A stretch of DNA of 64,000 nt from Rhizaria sp. SCN 62-66. Taxonomy: Eukaryota. Both the position numbers and the translations under genes were made by a program. The notes beneath the pieces were generated by a model. It saw only the letters and a program-made list of their open reading frames with translations. It did no database searches and was not told where the DNA came from. Position 1 is the first letter of the stretch. Every line of letters begins with the position of its first letter. The stretch lies in the NCBI GenBank assembly GCA_001724265.1, contig MEDY01000111.1, positions 1-64,000 on the forward strand, given 5' to 3'. Below, in pieces: positions 36,201-51,200 of this stretch.

Positions 36201-39200
36201 GCTGTCGCCGCACACTGACACGACGCCCCTCCCCGCGCTGCCCTGGACGTGGAACGCGTCCTGTGGTCCTTCAGCACTGGCGGGGCTTGCCGCGGCCTCT
36301 GTTGTTCCGCGCGTTGTCGCCAAGACGGCGATGACCGCAGTCGCGCTGACTGGCGCGCATGTGGCCGCTCTCCGCGCGCTGCTGACTGTGTTCGCAGTCA
36401 ACGCAGACTCCTCGGCGTTCCTCGTGTCCGTCCCGGTGCTTGCCGACACGCTCGCCGTGCTTGCCCGCGCTCTGCAGCGCACCGTCGACGGTGCCGATGA
36501 TTGTGACAGCATCGTGGCCACCAGTGAGAGCGAGCAGGAGCTTGTTGTGCCTGCGAGTGCCGCGATCTGCACTGCGCTACTGAGCGACTTCTCGACCCTC
36601 TTTGCGTTTGCTCGTGATATTGCAGCGACACGCGCCCACATTGTGGCTTCGTATGCGCTCCGGCCCAACCCTGCAGACAAGGCACCCACGGCGCTCAGTC
36701 TTGAGCGCACGCCGGCGCCCGCGCCTCTGTTTGGCGCTGCCAGTGCGTGTCGCGTGCGCCGCGTCGGTGCTGATGACCTCGCCGACTTTGATGCAGACTG
36801 CGCGGTGCGTGCAGAGTCTGCGCTCGTACCGCTGCTACGAATGCACGCGTTCCTCTATGGCTCAGCGCAAGGCTCCGCGCACATGCTCACATTGCAGGAC
36901 TACACTGCGCTCGCTGCACAGCACGCGCTGCTGCGCTCTGTCACCGCTGCTGCCGCGAGCCTCATTGCAGGGGTCACAAATGCTAGCGCGAACGGGGTCG
37001 CGGGGCGTGCGCGCACCTTGACGCGGACGTTGCTGGGCGCCATGTCGCCGCGCGCAGTGACGACGATGCACGTCGCCGTCGAGGCCGCGCTGCTCAACGC
37101 CTTGCACTGGCACCGCGAGCGCGCGGTCTATGACATGTTTGTCGGCGTGGCGGGCGCGGGACGGGCGTTGGGCGACCGCGGATCATTGATGATGGCGCCG
37201 CTCGCTCGCGCGTGGGCTGACTGCACGCGCGCGCTGGCTGATCTCCGCACCGCAGCTGCTCAGCAACAGCAGCAGCTTGACAGCGAGTGCAACGCTGCTC
37301 TGGGTGAATTGCGCACAGTTGTAGCAGGCGTGTTGTCAGCCGTTGCTGCAACGACTGTTGCTCGTGTCGGTAACGTTCACTCTTTGAACTCCAGCGAGGG
37401 CTCCGCTGGCCTCGTGCACTCGAGCGTCCCGGGCCCGCTCGCCGCTCTCGCCGCGATGCCGACGCCCGCAGCGCGCGCACGCGGCGACGCGGCGGCAGGG
37501 ACTGCGCTGGGGCCGCAGCACATGGCTTTCCCGGTGCCAAACCGCGCGCTGGACAGCCGCCCGCGGCCAGGACTGCCGACGGGACTGGGCTGGCACGCGG
37601 GCCCCGCGGGGCTGAGCGCGCTGGCGCCGCGCATGATGCGCACAGGCTGCCCGCTCGCGTATGATGCGCTGCGTGGGGACGACGATGGTGCTCTTACATT
37701 CAAGACCCTGTACCTGAGTCATGCTAGGTCTGAAACGCCATCGACCAACGACATCTCGCTTATCAGTGGCGACACCGCGGACTGGATCAGCTCCGAACTG
37801 AGCACGCGTGCGTGGATGTGGCATGAGTTCCGCACTGCGTACAGCGAGGCTGGCGTGGCGCGCGCGAGCAAGGCCGCCGCGGGGACCGGGTTCAGTGACT
37901 TCGACCACAGCAAGTCGCTGGTGCCCACTGCGGCGGAAGAAGAGGAAGACCGCGAGGCCAAGCACGGAGAGATGGCTGAGCGCCTGCAGACCATCGAACG
38001 GAAAGGACAGGAGGCTGAAGAGGAAGACGAAGATGAAGATGAGGATAGCTCTGATGACGGCAGTGGCGAGGAAAGCGAAGGCTCCCAAAGCGGGGAGTAT
38101 GACAGCGGTTCCGAGGTAGATGACGAGGACGAGCTGGAGCCCCGTGACCGGAATCCGCTCCAGGTCGCGATGGGCCAGATAGGACTTGAGGCCTTTGCTG
38201 TCCTCGCGCCGCTGGCGCACGTGCCCACGCCGTACTGGCTTCAGTCAGAACACTGGTCCGAGGTCGCGTCGGGCGGCCCCTCTGTACGCCGTCTCCTGCA
38301 GCATATCCGGGTCTCGAAGCCTATGCCCGCGCTCGAGCGCTGGGGCAAACTCGACAACCCGGCGAATGCTGCAGCTCTGTACCTCGAGCGGCTGGGTGCG
38401 TCACCGCACGCGCGGCTGGCAGACTGTCTGCGGTCGAATCGGTTTGTGCCGCCGAATCGTGCGGATCCCAACACAACGCTGATCCTCAGCAGTGACGTGC
38501 TGCGGCGGCGTCCTTTTGACGGTGGCGCTGAGATGGGCCTCACCAACGCCCTGTTGGTTGCTGCCGCGGCTAATGAAGTGATCCGCGAGCGCGAAGCCGC
38601 CGCCGCGGTGGACCGCGCGGTCGGGCTGCGGTCTCTGGTGTCCGTGGCAGAGAGCTTCCCTGACCCAGCAAGCCAGGCGGCGCAAGAGGCAGCTCGTGAA
38701 GAAATGGAGGAGCAGCAACGGCGCCCTGGTATGCCTTTCACGACGAATATCTGGGCTGTCAACCCGCTCACCGTCGCCGAGAAGTCGCTCGTGCCGCACT
38801 CGAGCAACGCCGTTTTCGATCACGTCGCAGCGTCGCACTGCGCGGATATGGACTGCGTGCCTGTACAGCTCTGGGCGCTGTCGCCCGAAGACGTGCACCA
38901 CAATGAGTACCCGCAGCGCGATGAAAACGACATGGGGATCTTCCTCCGCATCAACTGTCTCTCCATCATCACGCCTGCAGAGCCGTGCTCCGTCGCCACG
39001 CGCGCACTGATCGACCGGCCGGCGCAGACTGAGGACGACGACACCAAGAGGCCTGTGTACGACCCGTTCGACCTGCGCGGCCGCGCGAGCGCGCGTGAGG
39101 AGCAGGCCGCTCTGTGGAATACCGGTGGTGACGACATTTACCTCGGCGCAGAGGATCTGCGCGCCACGCTGGACCGCTCTGTGCCGGCGCTGAGGTTGCG

Positions 39201-42200
39201 CACGAGCTACCTCATCGACTCGGAGTTCTCGGCCTACGCGCCGCTGCCCGTGTGTGCGCCGGCCGCGGTGTTCACGGCTCAAAACCGCCCCTCGGTGTAC
39301 TTTTCCCACGCATTCTCCCTGCAAACCCTGTGGAACGCATTGCCGTTCAATGTTGAGAAGGCTGAGCCTTTATCGCGCGCCCAGATGAACGGCGCTCCAC
39401 ACGAAGTCCTGCAGCGCATGGCGGAGGCTGAAGCTGACGCCAAGCCGCTGACCCGTCTTGAGCCCGCCAACGAAATGCACAATGGCCTTTTGTTGCTGGA
39501 ATATCTCCAGAAGCTCGTTAAGGCGCTCGCCACTGCTGTCGGTGACTCCGTACGCGCTGTTCAAGCCACGCATAAGGGTGGAAGTTCTAAGTGTGCCCCG
39601 CAGAGGCCGCTCGCGCTCCTGAAAGCGGACGAGATCGCAACCGCGCGCGCCGCAGCCGTGCGCAACCTGCGTGTGACGCGTCTGATGAGCTCCGATTCGC
39701 GCATGACGACACCCTTCTTGGCCGTGCGCCGCGCGCCCGCTGATGACGCCAACGCCGCCGCAGCGCCCGGAGGCCTGTTGCCCGTGGGCAGCAACGCGTG
39801 GTGGCTGCGCCAGACGGCGTCGGACAGCGTCGTGAGTCTCGGCGAGCTCGCTGCACGCGGTGTGCTGGCGCCCACGCAGTGCGTGTTCCGCGACGCCGCC
39901 GGCCGCGCGCTGCGCTTTCACGGCGACGTCAACGCCGCATCGGCTGTGGCGGTGCTGGCGGGCGTATTCACGTCCACGCGCTCGCTGCTACGCGTGACGG
40001 GCGCGACCGCCACGCACCCAGCGTACCCGCTCCCGCTGACACTGCGGCCTATAACGCACTTCGGCGTTGGTAGCACTACCGTCGCTCTGGCGTGTCGCGC
40101 GTGTCAGTTCGCGTGGCCGCTCGACGAGGAGGCGGCTGTGTGGACGTGCGCTGCCTCTGGTGCGCTTGTGTGCGAACGATGCATGCTGCAGTGGGGCACT
40201 TTGCAGCGCTTGCCCGTCAACTTTGCCAAGAACTCGGCTCAAGACGGCTGCGATATGGCGCACACGCGCCTCCCGCTGCATGGCGCGCTGCCCGCCGCTG
40301 CACTGCGCTACGCCAACTCCGCCCAAGGCCATCTTGACTCGAATGTGAGTAAGACTGTGGCGGTATGCGCGGGCTCGCTCTTCTCTGCTGCCCCCACAGT
40401 CACGGCCGCCGTATCTTTGCATCAGTTCTACATGAAGTACCTCTCGGAACGCGCGCGGCTTCGTCTACCGACGCCTGTGTCTTTCCACAACACCTCGTCG
40501 TCTGCAGTCACGCACGTGACCTGGCTGCGCGCGCATGCGCCCGTTGCCGGTCACCGGCGCGCGGCGCAGCTGCCATGGCGGCGTACCGATGTGGCCTTCG
40601 GATCCGTTGCCGCCTTCCCGCGCGCGCTTGAGGGCGCCGTGCTCTACGTCACCGAGCCGCGGATGCCCGCCGACGTCGGAGAGTTCGACGCATTCACCTC
40701 GGTCACGGTGCCGCGCGAGCTTGGCCCCTGCTGGGTGTACACGCACGTGCTTCCCGATTACCCTGTTGCCGCCATTGACGTGATCAATATCGGAAGTGGC
40801 CGCGAACTAGGCGCGGGTCAGACGATGCTCTCACTGCGGCCCTCGATCGATATTGCGCCCTCCGAGACGCTAGCGGCCTTCGCGCCCACCGGACAGGCCC
40901 TCGCGCTCGCGTGGGACTGGCCGCTGTGTTCCCCGGAGACCGCGGCTGCGCGCGCGAACGCCATCCCCAGTGATCCTAAGGGAGAGAGGAGTGCGCTCGC
41001 TGACGCGTCACGGTGCCCGCGCAGCTACTCGCGCCTAGACCTCTGGCGCTCGCTCTCAGCGTACGCGCCCGGCGCCACGGTCACGATGCAGCACATCGGC
41101 GAGCCCTACATCCAAGTGCCCTTTGCCGACGCGCATTGCACCGAGGAGCGTCTTGAGGTCGAGAACACCGACTACGCCCTGCCGCCGATTACGCCCCTGC
41201 GCGCGATTGTCGTTTTATTCGTGCCGACGACGCCCGTGCGCGATCGCTTTATCGCCAACCCCGACACGGCCGTCTCCGGCGCAATCGCCGCCGCTGCTGC
41301 CGAGAGCCTGTGCGATGACATGGTGCTTTCGACTGCAGCTGCTGTCGGCGCGCCCCTTCCAGCAGAGCAAACTTTTGCTCTCGCCAAGTCTGCCCTTACG
41401 GCAATGCCCGAGCTGGTCGCGGCCGAGGCTTCGGCTGCGGCTGCCGCGGCGCTTGCGCTGCGTGCTGAGTGGAACACTCTCAACGCGCTGCGGCAGCGCG
41501 CAGCGGCCGACGGACTGCGCATCACGCCCGAGAGCATCAAGCAGCAGGGCAAAGAAAAGATTCTGGCCGCGTCTCTGCCCTCTGCGCCGCCAGCGAACGA
41601 GCTCTACTATGCCGAGGCAACGGCTGCTTCAGGCTCGGCTGCTGCCGAGGTCACGCAGCTCACTGTGGGCAACACTGTGCTCGGCCCTGTGCTCGGCGGT
41701 CACGACGCTATCGCTCTGTGGACGCTGGCCGCGCGCGAGGCAAAGGACTCTGGCGCTCTCACACTAGTGCCCGCGCCTGCTCCGCTGTCTGTCGTTGACG
41801 CTGCAATTGCGACTAAGTCTACTGCAGCGACCCAAGACGCTGCGAGTACTGCCGCATCTACCGCCTCTGCCGCAGCTGCACTTGCAACCGCCGTTGAAGC
41901 GCGTGTGGCGTGGCAGACCCTCATGGCCTCCGTCATTGCGACTGAGGCTGTGAGCACCGGGGACGCTGTCGCAGACGTTGCTTTGCCCGAGCGCCGTCCG
42001 CCGCTGCCGTCTAGTCTGCGCGCGGCCGAGACCCGCGTCGCCGCCGCTGCTCTTGCCGCCGTGCACGCGTGGACCGGCGCCAGCGCTGATGCGAGCAGCA
42101 GTGTCGCGGCGATCGCGCCTGTGCGGAGATTTGTGGGCGAGAAGCTCGTCGCGGTCAAGGCCGCTGCGCTCGACGCCGTGGCCGACGCGTTCTCGGATGA

Positions 42201-45200
42201 AGCCGACATTGCCGCTGAGACAGCTGTGGCTACTGCTGCTGACGCCGCTGTGTCTGCTCTCGCGTTGCTGGCCGATTTCCCCGCTGCTCTGCAGCCACTG
42301 CAGGGCGGATATGATTCAAAGCAATCGCGCATGGTGGCTTCCTCAGCTGCAGCTGTTGTCGATGTCGTGGTCGCCGCGGTGCTCGCGCCCTGGTGGGCTG
42401 CGCTGCATCGCTCTCGCGGTGCGGGCGTGCAGACCAGCGCTGCGGAGGCGTCGCTGGCGCTGCTCACCCCGCTGATGCGCGAGTCTGCGCAGCAGACAGC
42501 GCTCGCTACCGCCGCCTCTGCGGCCCTCACGCGCGCGGGCACCTTCGCGCGCACGCACGCGCCCGCGCTTGTCGAGGGCGACGCGGCACAGGGTCTGCGC
42601 TCTGCTGCCGCTGTGGCCGCGTTCGTCCGCCTCGCGCCTGAGTTTGTGCGCCCTGGCTGTGCCGTGCGGCGCTCTGAAATGATGGCGCCGAGCGCGGGCC
42701 CCGTGAACGAGCTCTGTACGATGCTCGCGGCCGCGCCCGCCTCCGTGCGTGCAGAGCTGCGTCGCGCCGCGGACGAGGAGACGGCCGCTGTGGCTGCCGC
42801 CGCGCTCGCTCTTGTGCTGCGTAACTCTGGTCACGCACTCTCAGCGCGCTCCAACCGCGACACCGCCGCAGAAGCCGCCGCAACCACCTTCGCGGCCGCG
42901 ACCGCTGCGCAGCTGACGCTCGCTGCGCTGTGGGCGGGACTCCAGCCTTTCGACGTCGCCACGGGCGCGCGGCTTGCTGACTTGCTGCCCGCTGTGTGGA
43001 CGCAGCCTTATGTGGCGCGCGCCTCATTCGACGCGCTCCCACATTCTGCCTTCGCAGCCGCCGTGGGCGCGAGCGACGCGACGCGTGTCTCGCTCCTGGC
43101 CGTTGTGGCTGCACTCGCAGTGCCCGCGTCAGTCGCCGAGCGCGCCGTGCGCGGCTTATGTGCGCTGTCAGCGCGGCTGAGCTCGCAGTGGGTCCTCACG
43201 TTCCTGGAGCGTGGTCCGCAAGCGGCCACGGACGCTGCGCGTGCGCTTGTGCGTGTGGCTGTCGCGATGGCCGCGACGCCGCTTAAGGCCGGCGCTGTCG
43301 TCACGCGCCCGCTGATGGATGCGTCGTCCCTGTGCGAGCCGACCCGTGCCGTCGCGCTGATCGCGCACCGCACGCACGGGCTCGCTGTCGTTCCGGAGGT
43401 GGCCAACGATCTCATGGACGCTTTCGCGGAAGCTAGTAACACTAATAGCACTCCCGCTAGCAACAGCAGCAGCCTGTCGAATATTCGCGTTCGCAAGCAT
43501 GCGGCTGCAGCGGTATCTTTTGCGTCGACCACCAACGGTGCAGGGCTCTTCTCGCCTGTTGGCAGTCTGTGCAAGCAGTCTGGTGCCTGGGTCGAGATGT
43601 TGGACGTTTTGCCCATCGTGGGCGAGATCGAGTTCACTTTTGCCAAGCGCGCTACGGCTGCTGGTGCCGGGGACGACAACGTCCCGGTCACCGAGACTGC
43701 CGTGGTGGCTGCTGCTGCCGACTCGGACGCCAGTGACGCCAGCGAGGGCGACGAGGACGACGAGGACGCGGAAGACGGTGGTGAGTCGGCTGACGACAAC
43801 GATGACGCTGACACCGCTGCTGTCTCTGCGCCTGCAGCTGCGCCGCCAACGACCACTCTCGCAGCGGCGAGCCTCGATAGCGACGACTTCACTGTCGCGG
43901 TTGATCTCGTGCTTGGGTCGCCCCAGGGCCATATCCTCACGTGCGTCACCGATGACGCCAAATCAACTGTCCGTGACTTGCCCAAACCTGGCAAGAAGGG
44001 TGCTGCCGCTGCTGCCGCTGCCGCTGCTGCGGGTGCGACGACCGGTGCACCAGTGACCGTTCTTCCTCTGAACATGTCGCTGACTGCCACTGGCCGCTGC
44101 CGCGCGGACGGCACATTCACGCTGTCGCTGTACCGCGCGCAGGACACAGGCAAGCGGGAGATGACTGTCAAGGGCTCGCATGAACCTGCAACGCCGCTCA
44201 TCTTCACGAACCTTGACGTCCGCAACAACAAGGAAGACTGGGCCAGGTTCGCTGCCCGCGCGCGTGTGTATGTGCCTGCCGGGTACGACATTGTCTCCGC
44301 GACCTACTCCGCCGACGCTGTTGGTACATTCATTCAGCTCGACGAGAAACGCTTCGAATCGTCGTTCTCAGAGCAGTTGATTGAGGCCGAGGCGATGCAG
44401 CCCATGCCGCTGGCGCATGCTGCTGACGCCGCTGCGCTCCAGGCCGCCGCGTTGCGCACCCTCAACTACGCGCTTCGCGTTTCTCGCACGACTACTGCAG
44501 TGGTGACGCGCGATAGTGAGGACGCTTTGCTGAACGGAGCCACGCTTGCTTCGCTGGCGACGTCGGCGACGGGTATTCTTGGTGAGTTACAGCCGCTGAT
44601 TGACGCAAGCTTGGTCGCTGCTGATGCTCCGGTCGCCCAGGGAGAGCGCAAAAGTCCCCGCGACTGCTGCAACACCATTATAGTCACTGCCCTCGCGCGC
44701 ACGCTACGTTTGTTTGGTCTCGTGTTTGCGCTTGATGCAGCTACCACTAATGCCACCAATGCCGCGGTGTTTTCTGCGCTGGGTGCGGCCCTCGGTCGCT
44801 TCGTGTGCGCCGTGGCCAAGCTTGACTCGGTGGACGCGAACACGACGCAATCCACGATTATCAAGGCCCTACCTTGCCACCACATCTTCGGCCTTCAAAG
44901 CTCTGTCGCGCCGCTCGGCAAGCTCGGCCACAACGCGGCCGCCGCGCCGACGACTACAAGCCGCGTCGTTGCTGCTGTGGCCGCACCCGCCGCGATGGAC
45001 TGTGTTCTCGGCCTTTGGATGGCTCAGCTGCGCAATAAGCACAGCGCCGCCAGCACTGCAACGACGGCTGCAACGCGTGAGACTGTGACGGCCATGCTTA
45101 CCGCCTATGCCGCCGCGACGTCTGCCTCCCAGAGCGAGCCCGTCACGGCAGGCGAGAGCGACACTGAGAGCGACGCGTGGGCGCGCGACGGCCAGCTGCA

Positions 45201-48200
45201 GGCGTGGGCGTACAAGCGCTGGGCCGAGCTGCACGCGCGCTGCGCCATGGCCGGCGTGTCGCCGCTGTGCGCGAACAACCCGCTGCGCGCTGTCAGCGCA
45301 CTGCTGCCGCTGGGGCCGGACGTCGAACTCCGGCTGCTGCGCCATCACGCCATGGGCACGTACAAGCGGCCGGAGCACCAGGGCCGCCCGCTGCTGGCGT
45401 CAATGGTCATCCACGACAAGGGCGACGGCGACCAAGATAGCGATGAGAACCTCATCGCCGCAACTGCTGGTACCGCTGCCCAAGTCGATAAGGCCGATGC
45501 GGCCAAAGCAGATGCCGAGGCCGATGAAGTTGACTTAGAGGCGGACGGTGCGGAAGGGGATGATGTCGAGGGTGATGTTGAGGGCGATCTTGAGGGCGAT
45601 GCCGAAGGCGACGTCGAGCAAGAGCAAGGTGACGGCGAGGCCTCTATCGACCCACCCAGCAGTGTCACCTCTGAGGCTGCTAAGAAAGAGCTAGTTGTGC
45701 GTGATGCGAGCGACACAGTTGCCTCGTCGAGTGCTGACAGCTCTGCAAGCGCTCTGGTCTCTGCTGACGCTGCCGCCCAATGCGAGACCGAGACTTCCAA
45801 GGCACGTGTTATGTTCCCCCCATTTGTGGACTCGGACCCGCTTGTGCCGTGGCAGCGCGAGATGGCGGTGAGCAACTGCATTACGGGCTTCTCGTTCGAC
45901 TCAATGGGAACAAAGATTTACGGCAGCTTCACAATCATCATGCGCCACAGCGTCACCTCGCCCGCGCGCGGGCCCACGGCGTCGACGCTCCCCAGCTGGG
46001 CGCAGCGTCCGCTGATGCCCACGTGCGAGGGTGCGTACACTTTCACGGGGCATTTGGAAGTCGATGACGTTCACCTTCCGGCCGCGCTTCCCGCCGCCGC
46101 GGCCGCCTGGCCCGGATCACAGCCGTTCGCGCCTGAAGCCGGGCTTCTCACACTCATTGGCGTCGCAGGCATTGGCAACACTGATGCTGCCGACGCTGCC
46201 TCTGCGGCTGCGCTGGTCGAGAAGAGCGAAAAGACCGGACCGATGGCGCTGTGCACCGCCGCGTTGCCGCGGTTCCTCGCCGACCTTGACCGGCGCGAGT
46301 GGGGCGTGGCGAGCGCAACCGCCGTGGCGGAGACCGCTGCGGTGCAGAGCATCCAGGGCGTGGGCGCGACGGCCGACTTCAAGGGCTCAGCCGCGCTGTT
46401 CATGACTCCGCCGCTCGACGCCGATCCGCTCAAGGACGCGCTGGCGTTCCCTGCGCTGCTGCTTGACGCCTTTGTTGCCGCGCACACCACGCAGAGCAAC
46501 GACAAGCTCTCTTGGCGCGCGCTCGTCGCTCCCCAGCTCGCGGCCGCCACCGCCGATGTCAGTGCAGCTGGCAGCCCGAGCGAGGGCGCGGTGATGGCCG
46601 CGCTGGCGCTGCGGCTGTCGGCGCTGTTAGCGCACCGCCACCCCGTGGCCGAGCACCTCCGCAGCCTGCCGACGGGCAACGTGCCGGGCCACCAATGCGT
46701 ATCGTCGAGCGCGCGGTCGCCGGGCCCGGCGCTGCCGCCCGTGGTGGTGATCGACCCCACAGGCCGCGTCATCTCGGAGCCAGTGTGCCCGTCCGCGGCC
46801 GCGCTCGTCAAGCGCCTGCTCGTTGCCGAGCTGTACGCCGAGGCCGCGGCCGACGCGCCGGGGCCTGTGACGGCGTTTGTCGCCGCCGGACTGCAACTCG
46901 CGCTTACGGCCGCGCTGGCCGCCCTGATCGAGTCGGTGTCTCCGACACTGGGCAGCTCGATTGCCACCGAGAAGCTCCCTGCGCTGCTCGAGCGCATTTC
47001 CGCCGCCGGCCGCGGCACGGGCGAGAAAGCCAGCGACGCGTGGGCCGAGTACCGGGCCGCGCTGCCGCCTGCGCTGCTGCCGCTCGTGGTGCAGCTTGCG
47101 CCCGCCGTCGAGCTTAAGGCCGCCGTGCGCTACGCGCGCGTGGTCGCCGCCGAGAAGCGCGCCGCTGGGCTCATGCGCCAGCGGCAGCGTAGCGGGCAGC
47201 CGATTGCGCCGCCAGAGCTCGAGGCTGCTGCGTGGGCCGCCACCGCGCACCACTACACCATGCAGCGCTCGTCGGTGCTGAACTTGTTCCTGTCCGTCGC
47301 GCTCGAAGTGCTCGCCATCCCGGCTGGCGTCGCGCCCGCAGCTGTGGCGCCCGTGCTCGGTGAGCCGCGCTACCTCCGCGAGCCCGCTGCCGTGACCGCC
47401 GCGAGCGCCACTGGTGCCGAGGGCGCGTCTGCGGTGGTTGCGTACATGGTGCGCCACGTGTTCAACACCGCGACGACGCGCCTCGTGGCCGCCAACGCGA
47501 CCGCAGCGGCGCACACGATGAAGATTAGCTTCTGGCCGCGCCCCAGCAAGGTGACGCAGGAGCCAGCGCTGCTGCCGCTGGCTTCTCTTGCCAGCACGCC
47601 CGCCGTGCTCGCCAACGTCGCCGCGTGGCCTATCGTCGCGTCCCCCACGCGCGCGGCTCCCGGCGCGCTGTCCGTACTGCCCGCGACGCTGATGTCCGTC
47701 TTCGCAGCGCCGCCCCTGTGGTACGCGCCGAACCGCAGCCGCGTGTTCGAGGAGCACCCACGCTCGGCCGACACGTCCACCGGCGGCAGCAGCACGACCT
47801 TCTGGGCCGGCGTCGCGCCCGCCGTGGCGCCGCTGCCCGGCGCGGTGCCGCCCGCGCTGCCGCCGCCGCTGGACGCGCCCACCAACGACGCGCTGCTGCT
47901 CAACGAGTGGGTGTGTCTCGGCGGCGGCGTGCGCCTGCGCCAGGACTTCCTGCCGCAGGCCGCCATGATCGCAGTCTCGATGCGCGGCCGCGTCAGCCCG
48001 CTGCTGGTGCTGCCTGGCGAGTGGCTGCGCCTGCTCTCGGAGCTAGTCGACGTCACTGCGCGCGCGGCCTCTGCGCTGCCCCGCGCCGCAGTCCCTCGCT
48101 TGGGGCTCGGCGCCGTGGCGCAGGCCATCGCGGCTACGCGCGTGGCGACTGCGCTTAACCGCACCGTATCGCTGCTCTCGCTCGTGCCTTCGGCGCCACT

Positions 48201-51200
48201 CTCGGAGGGCTACGTCGCGCGCTCACAGCGCGTGCCGTCGCCTGAGTCGCTGTTCGGCTCCGCGATGCGTGAAGAGGTGTTCTCGGCGCGCTTCGTGACC
48301 TTCCGTTCCGCCGCCGTTGAGCTCCTGTCCTCGCTTGCCGTGCTGACCCGTGTTGCTCCATCGCTCACGGACGCCATTCCCGGCTCGACCATTCGCAGCG
48401 GCATTGTGATGCGTTCGCTCGGAACGCCCACGCACCCGTTCGTGTCGCGTCTTATCGGCCAGGCGCGCAACCTCGTCCGCGCCGCGCGCCTGCTCGCGCT
48501 GACGGAGCCCTCTGCGCCGGCGCGCCCGCCTCAGCTCCGCGCGCTGCAGGCTCGTGCTCGCGGTGACAGCTCCGGTGGCGATGCTGGCGACGCCGTCTCG
48601 ATGCGCGTGCTGCTGCAGCGCGCTGGTGCCGCTGCTGCTCCGCCTGACGCGCTGCTGCTCGAGGCGAAGCTGCGGTCCATCGCGCACCTCGTGGCCGCGT
48701 CTGCCGTTGCCGTCTCGCAGGCGGGCACTCCGCACGCGCCTTTGTTCCGTCCCGCGCACGCTGTGGCGCTGCACGAGCTCATCCTGGGTCGCGGCACATC
48801 CACCACGCGCGCGGCCGCGCTCCGCGCCGCGCCCCTCGGCGACTGCGCGAGCGCCGCTGACCGTGCAATTGCCGCCGCGGTGGCCGCGGGCGCGCTCGAC
48901 GCGAATCCCTGGGCGCTTCGCACGGCGACGCGCGCGATGTACGGCCTCTTTGCGCTGCGGCCAAACAACGTGAGCAGCGAGGCTTACTGCGTGGAAGCGC
49001 TTTACGGCAACGGCCGCAGCTCTCGCGATGTGCCCGTGTCATTCAGCTTGGAGGACATGCGCTCCGGCGCGCACCCGTCGCTGACCAGCCTGCCCGAGGC
49101 GCAGCACACGCGCTCCTACGGCAGCGGCCCGCGCCCGCCGTCGACCGCCCACGCGAGCGTTGACGAGCTGCCTGAGGACCTCTTCGCTGGTGTCAGCCTC
49201 GCGGCCGCGGGCGTCCTCTCCGCCTCCGCCAGCTCCACTGCCGTGTTGCCGGGCGCGCTGCACTGCCTGATTCCCACGGGTGAGGGCTGCGCCGCAGCGG
49301 CGTCCGCTGCAGCGGCGCGTGCTGGCGCTGGCCCCGGCGCCGCGGTGTCCGTCGGCGCCTTCTCGCTCGTGCCCGGCGTCGCGTCCGCGCCCGCGCACTG
49401 CATCGACGGCCACCCTGTGTCCGTGTTCAGCGGCAACGAGGATGTGGCGGACCGCGGCGGCGCGTCGTCCGACCTGCACAGCGCGCAGCAGGGCCTCCAC
49501 CTCGACTGGCGTGACAACTCGGCCATTGTCTCCGACTCGCTCGCCGAGTGGGGCGAGTCGTCCTACGGCCGCGCCCACCTCTACAAGGCGCTGCGCCACA
49601 GCGCGGGCTTCCTTGCGCCCACGATGTTCCCCTCGACGACGACCGCGCGCGAGGCGCGGCCCTGGGTGGCGCTCGACGTCGCGCCCAACGGCGGCTCCGA
49701 CGCGCCCCCCGCGCTGTCCCGCGAACAGGATGGCAATGGCCGCTGGAAGTGGCCCGTGCACGAGGTGCGCCTCGTCATCCCGCGCACCGACGTGCTGCTG
49801 GGCGCACCGCGCGCCGCCGCGGCTGAGCCGAGCAAGGCCACTGCCGCCGCTGCGGTCGGCAGCACCGAGGTCCGCTTGGGCGCGGACGGCCAGCCGGTGA
49901 GCGCAGCGCGCGCGGCAGAGCTAGCGGAGCGGGAGCGCGTGTCCGCGGTGCCGAACGCGTACGCCCGCACGCCGCCGGTGCGTCTGTGCGACGTCACGCC
50001 CGTGCTGAGCGACGCGTCGGCGGGCGCGCGTAGCGACTGCGTGGTGCTGCGCACGGCGCACGGCGCGCTGACGGTGCGGCCGCCGACGCTGGACCACAAC
50101 CCCGAACAGGAACTTGCGCACCGCAGCGACGCGGCGGCCGGGTACGAGGTCGTGATGGCGCCGCTCGCAGCCCCGCTCACGCCCTACTCACTCTTCGTCA
50201 CCGTCCCCATGCCGCTGCTGCCCTCTGGCCCCGTCGCGCCCTCCCCCGTGGTGTCCGCGGCTGCGGCGAGCGTCGCAAGTGCGCCGCTGAGTTGTGAGCA
50301 CGCTTGGACGACGACGACGCTGCCCGCAAAGGAGCCCTTTGTGGTGCCCAGTAACGAGCAGCGGTACGTGCTTTTCAACCCGCGCACGGACACGGTGCTG
50401 CGGCCTGACCCCGCGACGGGCGCGATTCGCGCCGTGCCGCTGCGCGCGCTGTGCAACACGCTCTCGTGGGAGCTGCAGAGCGACGTCGCCGCGGCCGCCG
50501 CGGAGATCGCCGCGGTCGTCGACGCGCTTAAGGCGATGGCAGTCACTGACGCCGCGCGCTTTGCGACTCAAGACAAGGCAGATGCGGAGGACGATAACAA
50601 CGCGCGCGACGACAAGACCCTCTCAAGCGTGACTGTGAACCAGTTCATCACGCTCGCGGACGCGTTTGTCAACAGCAACTCCAATACTATCGGCAAGAAC
50701 AGCGATAGCATGGGTGCCACCAGCAGTAGCAGTGAGGTGGCTTTGTGTGAGTCGCTCTTGCCGGTGCCACTGCCCGCGCTGGTCGGCGAGCTGATGCCGC
50801 CCACGCAGCTGCCGTTGTCGCACAACGGGAACGAGCACAGCGAAGGCAATCTCATGTCCGCGATCGAACGCGTACGCAGCGCGGCGTACAACGGTTGTTA
50901 CGTCCTGCCGCCCTGGTGGCGCCCCGAGAGCGAAGATGCCGACGGCAACATCATCGTGCCCTTTACCGAGCCCGCTAAGAACACAGATAGCTCAAGTCTG
51001 AGTGTGAATGCGAATGTGAATGTGAATGTGCGCACGAAGCCGCTTGTGGCGACCGCGGGCCCGCTCGACGCCTCGTTCGCCTGGGTCTGCGCGCCTGTGC
51101 GCACCGTCAACGACGCGCGCACGCCGTCGACACCGCTTTTCGCGCTCGCACACGCGCAGTCCGGCCGCGCGCTCGGCGCGGGCGTGCCGGGCTCGGCCTG

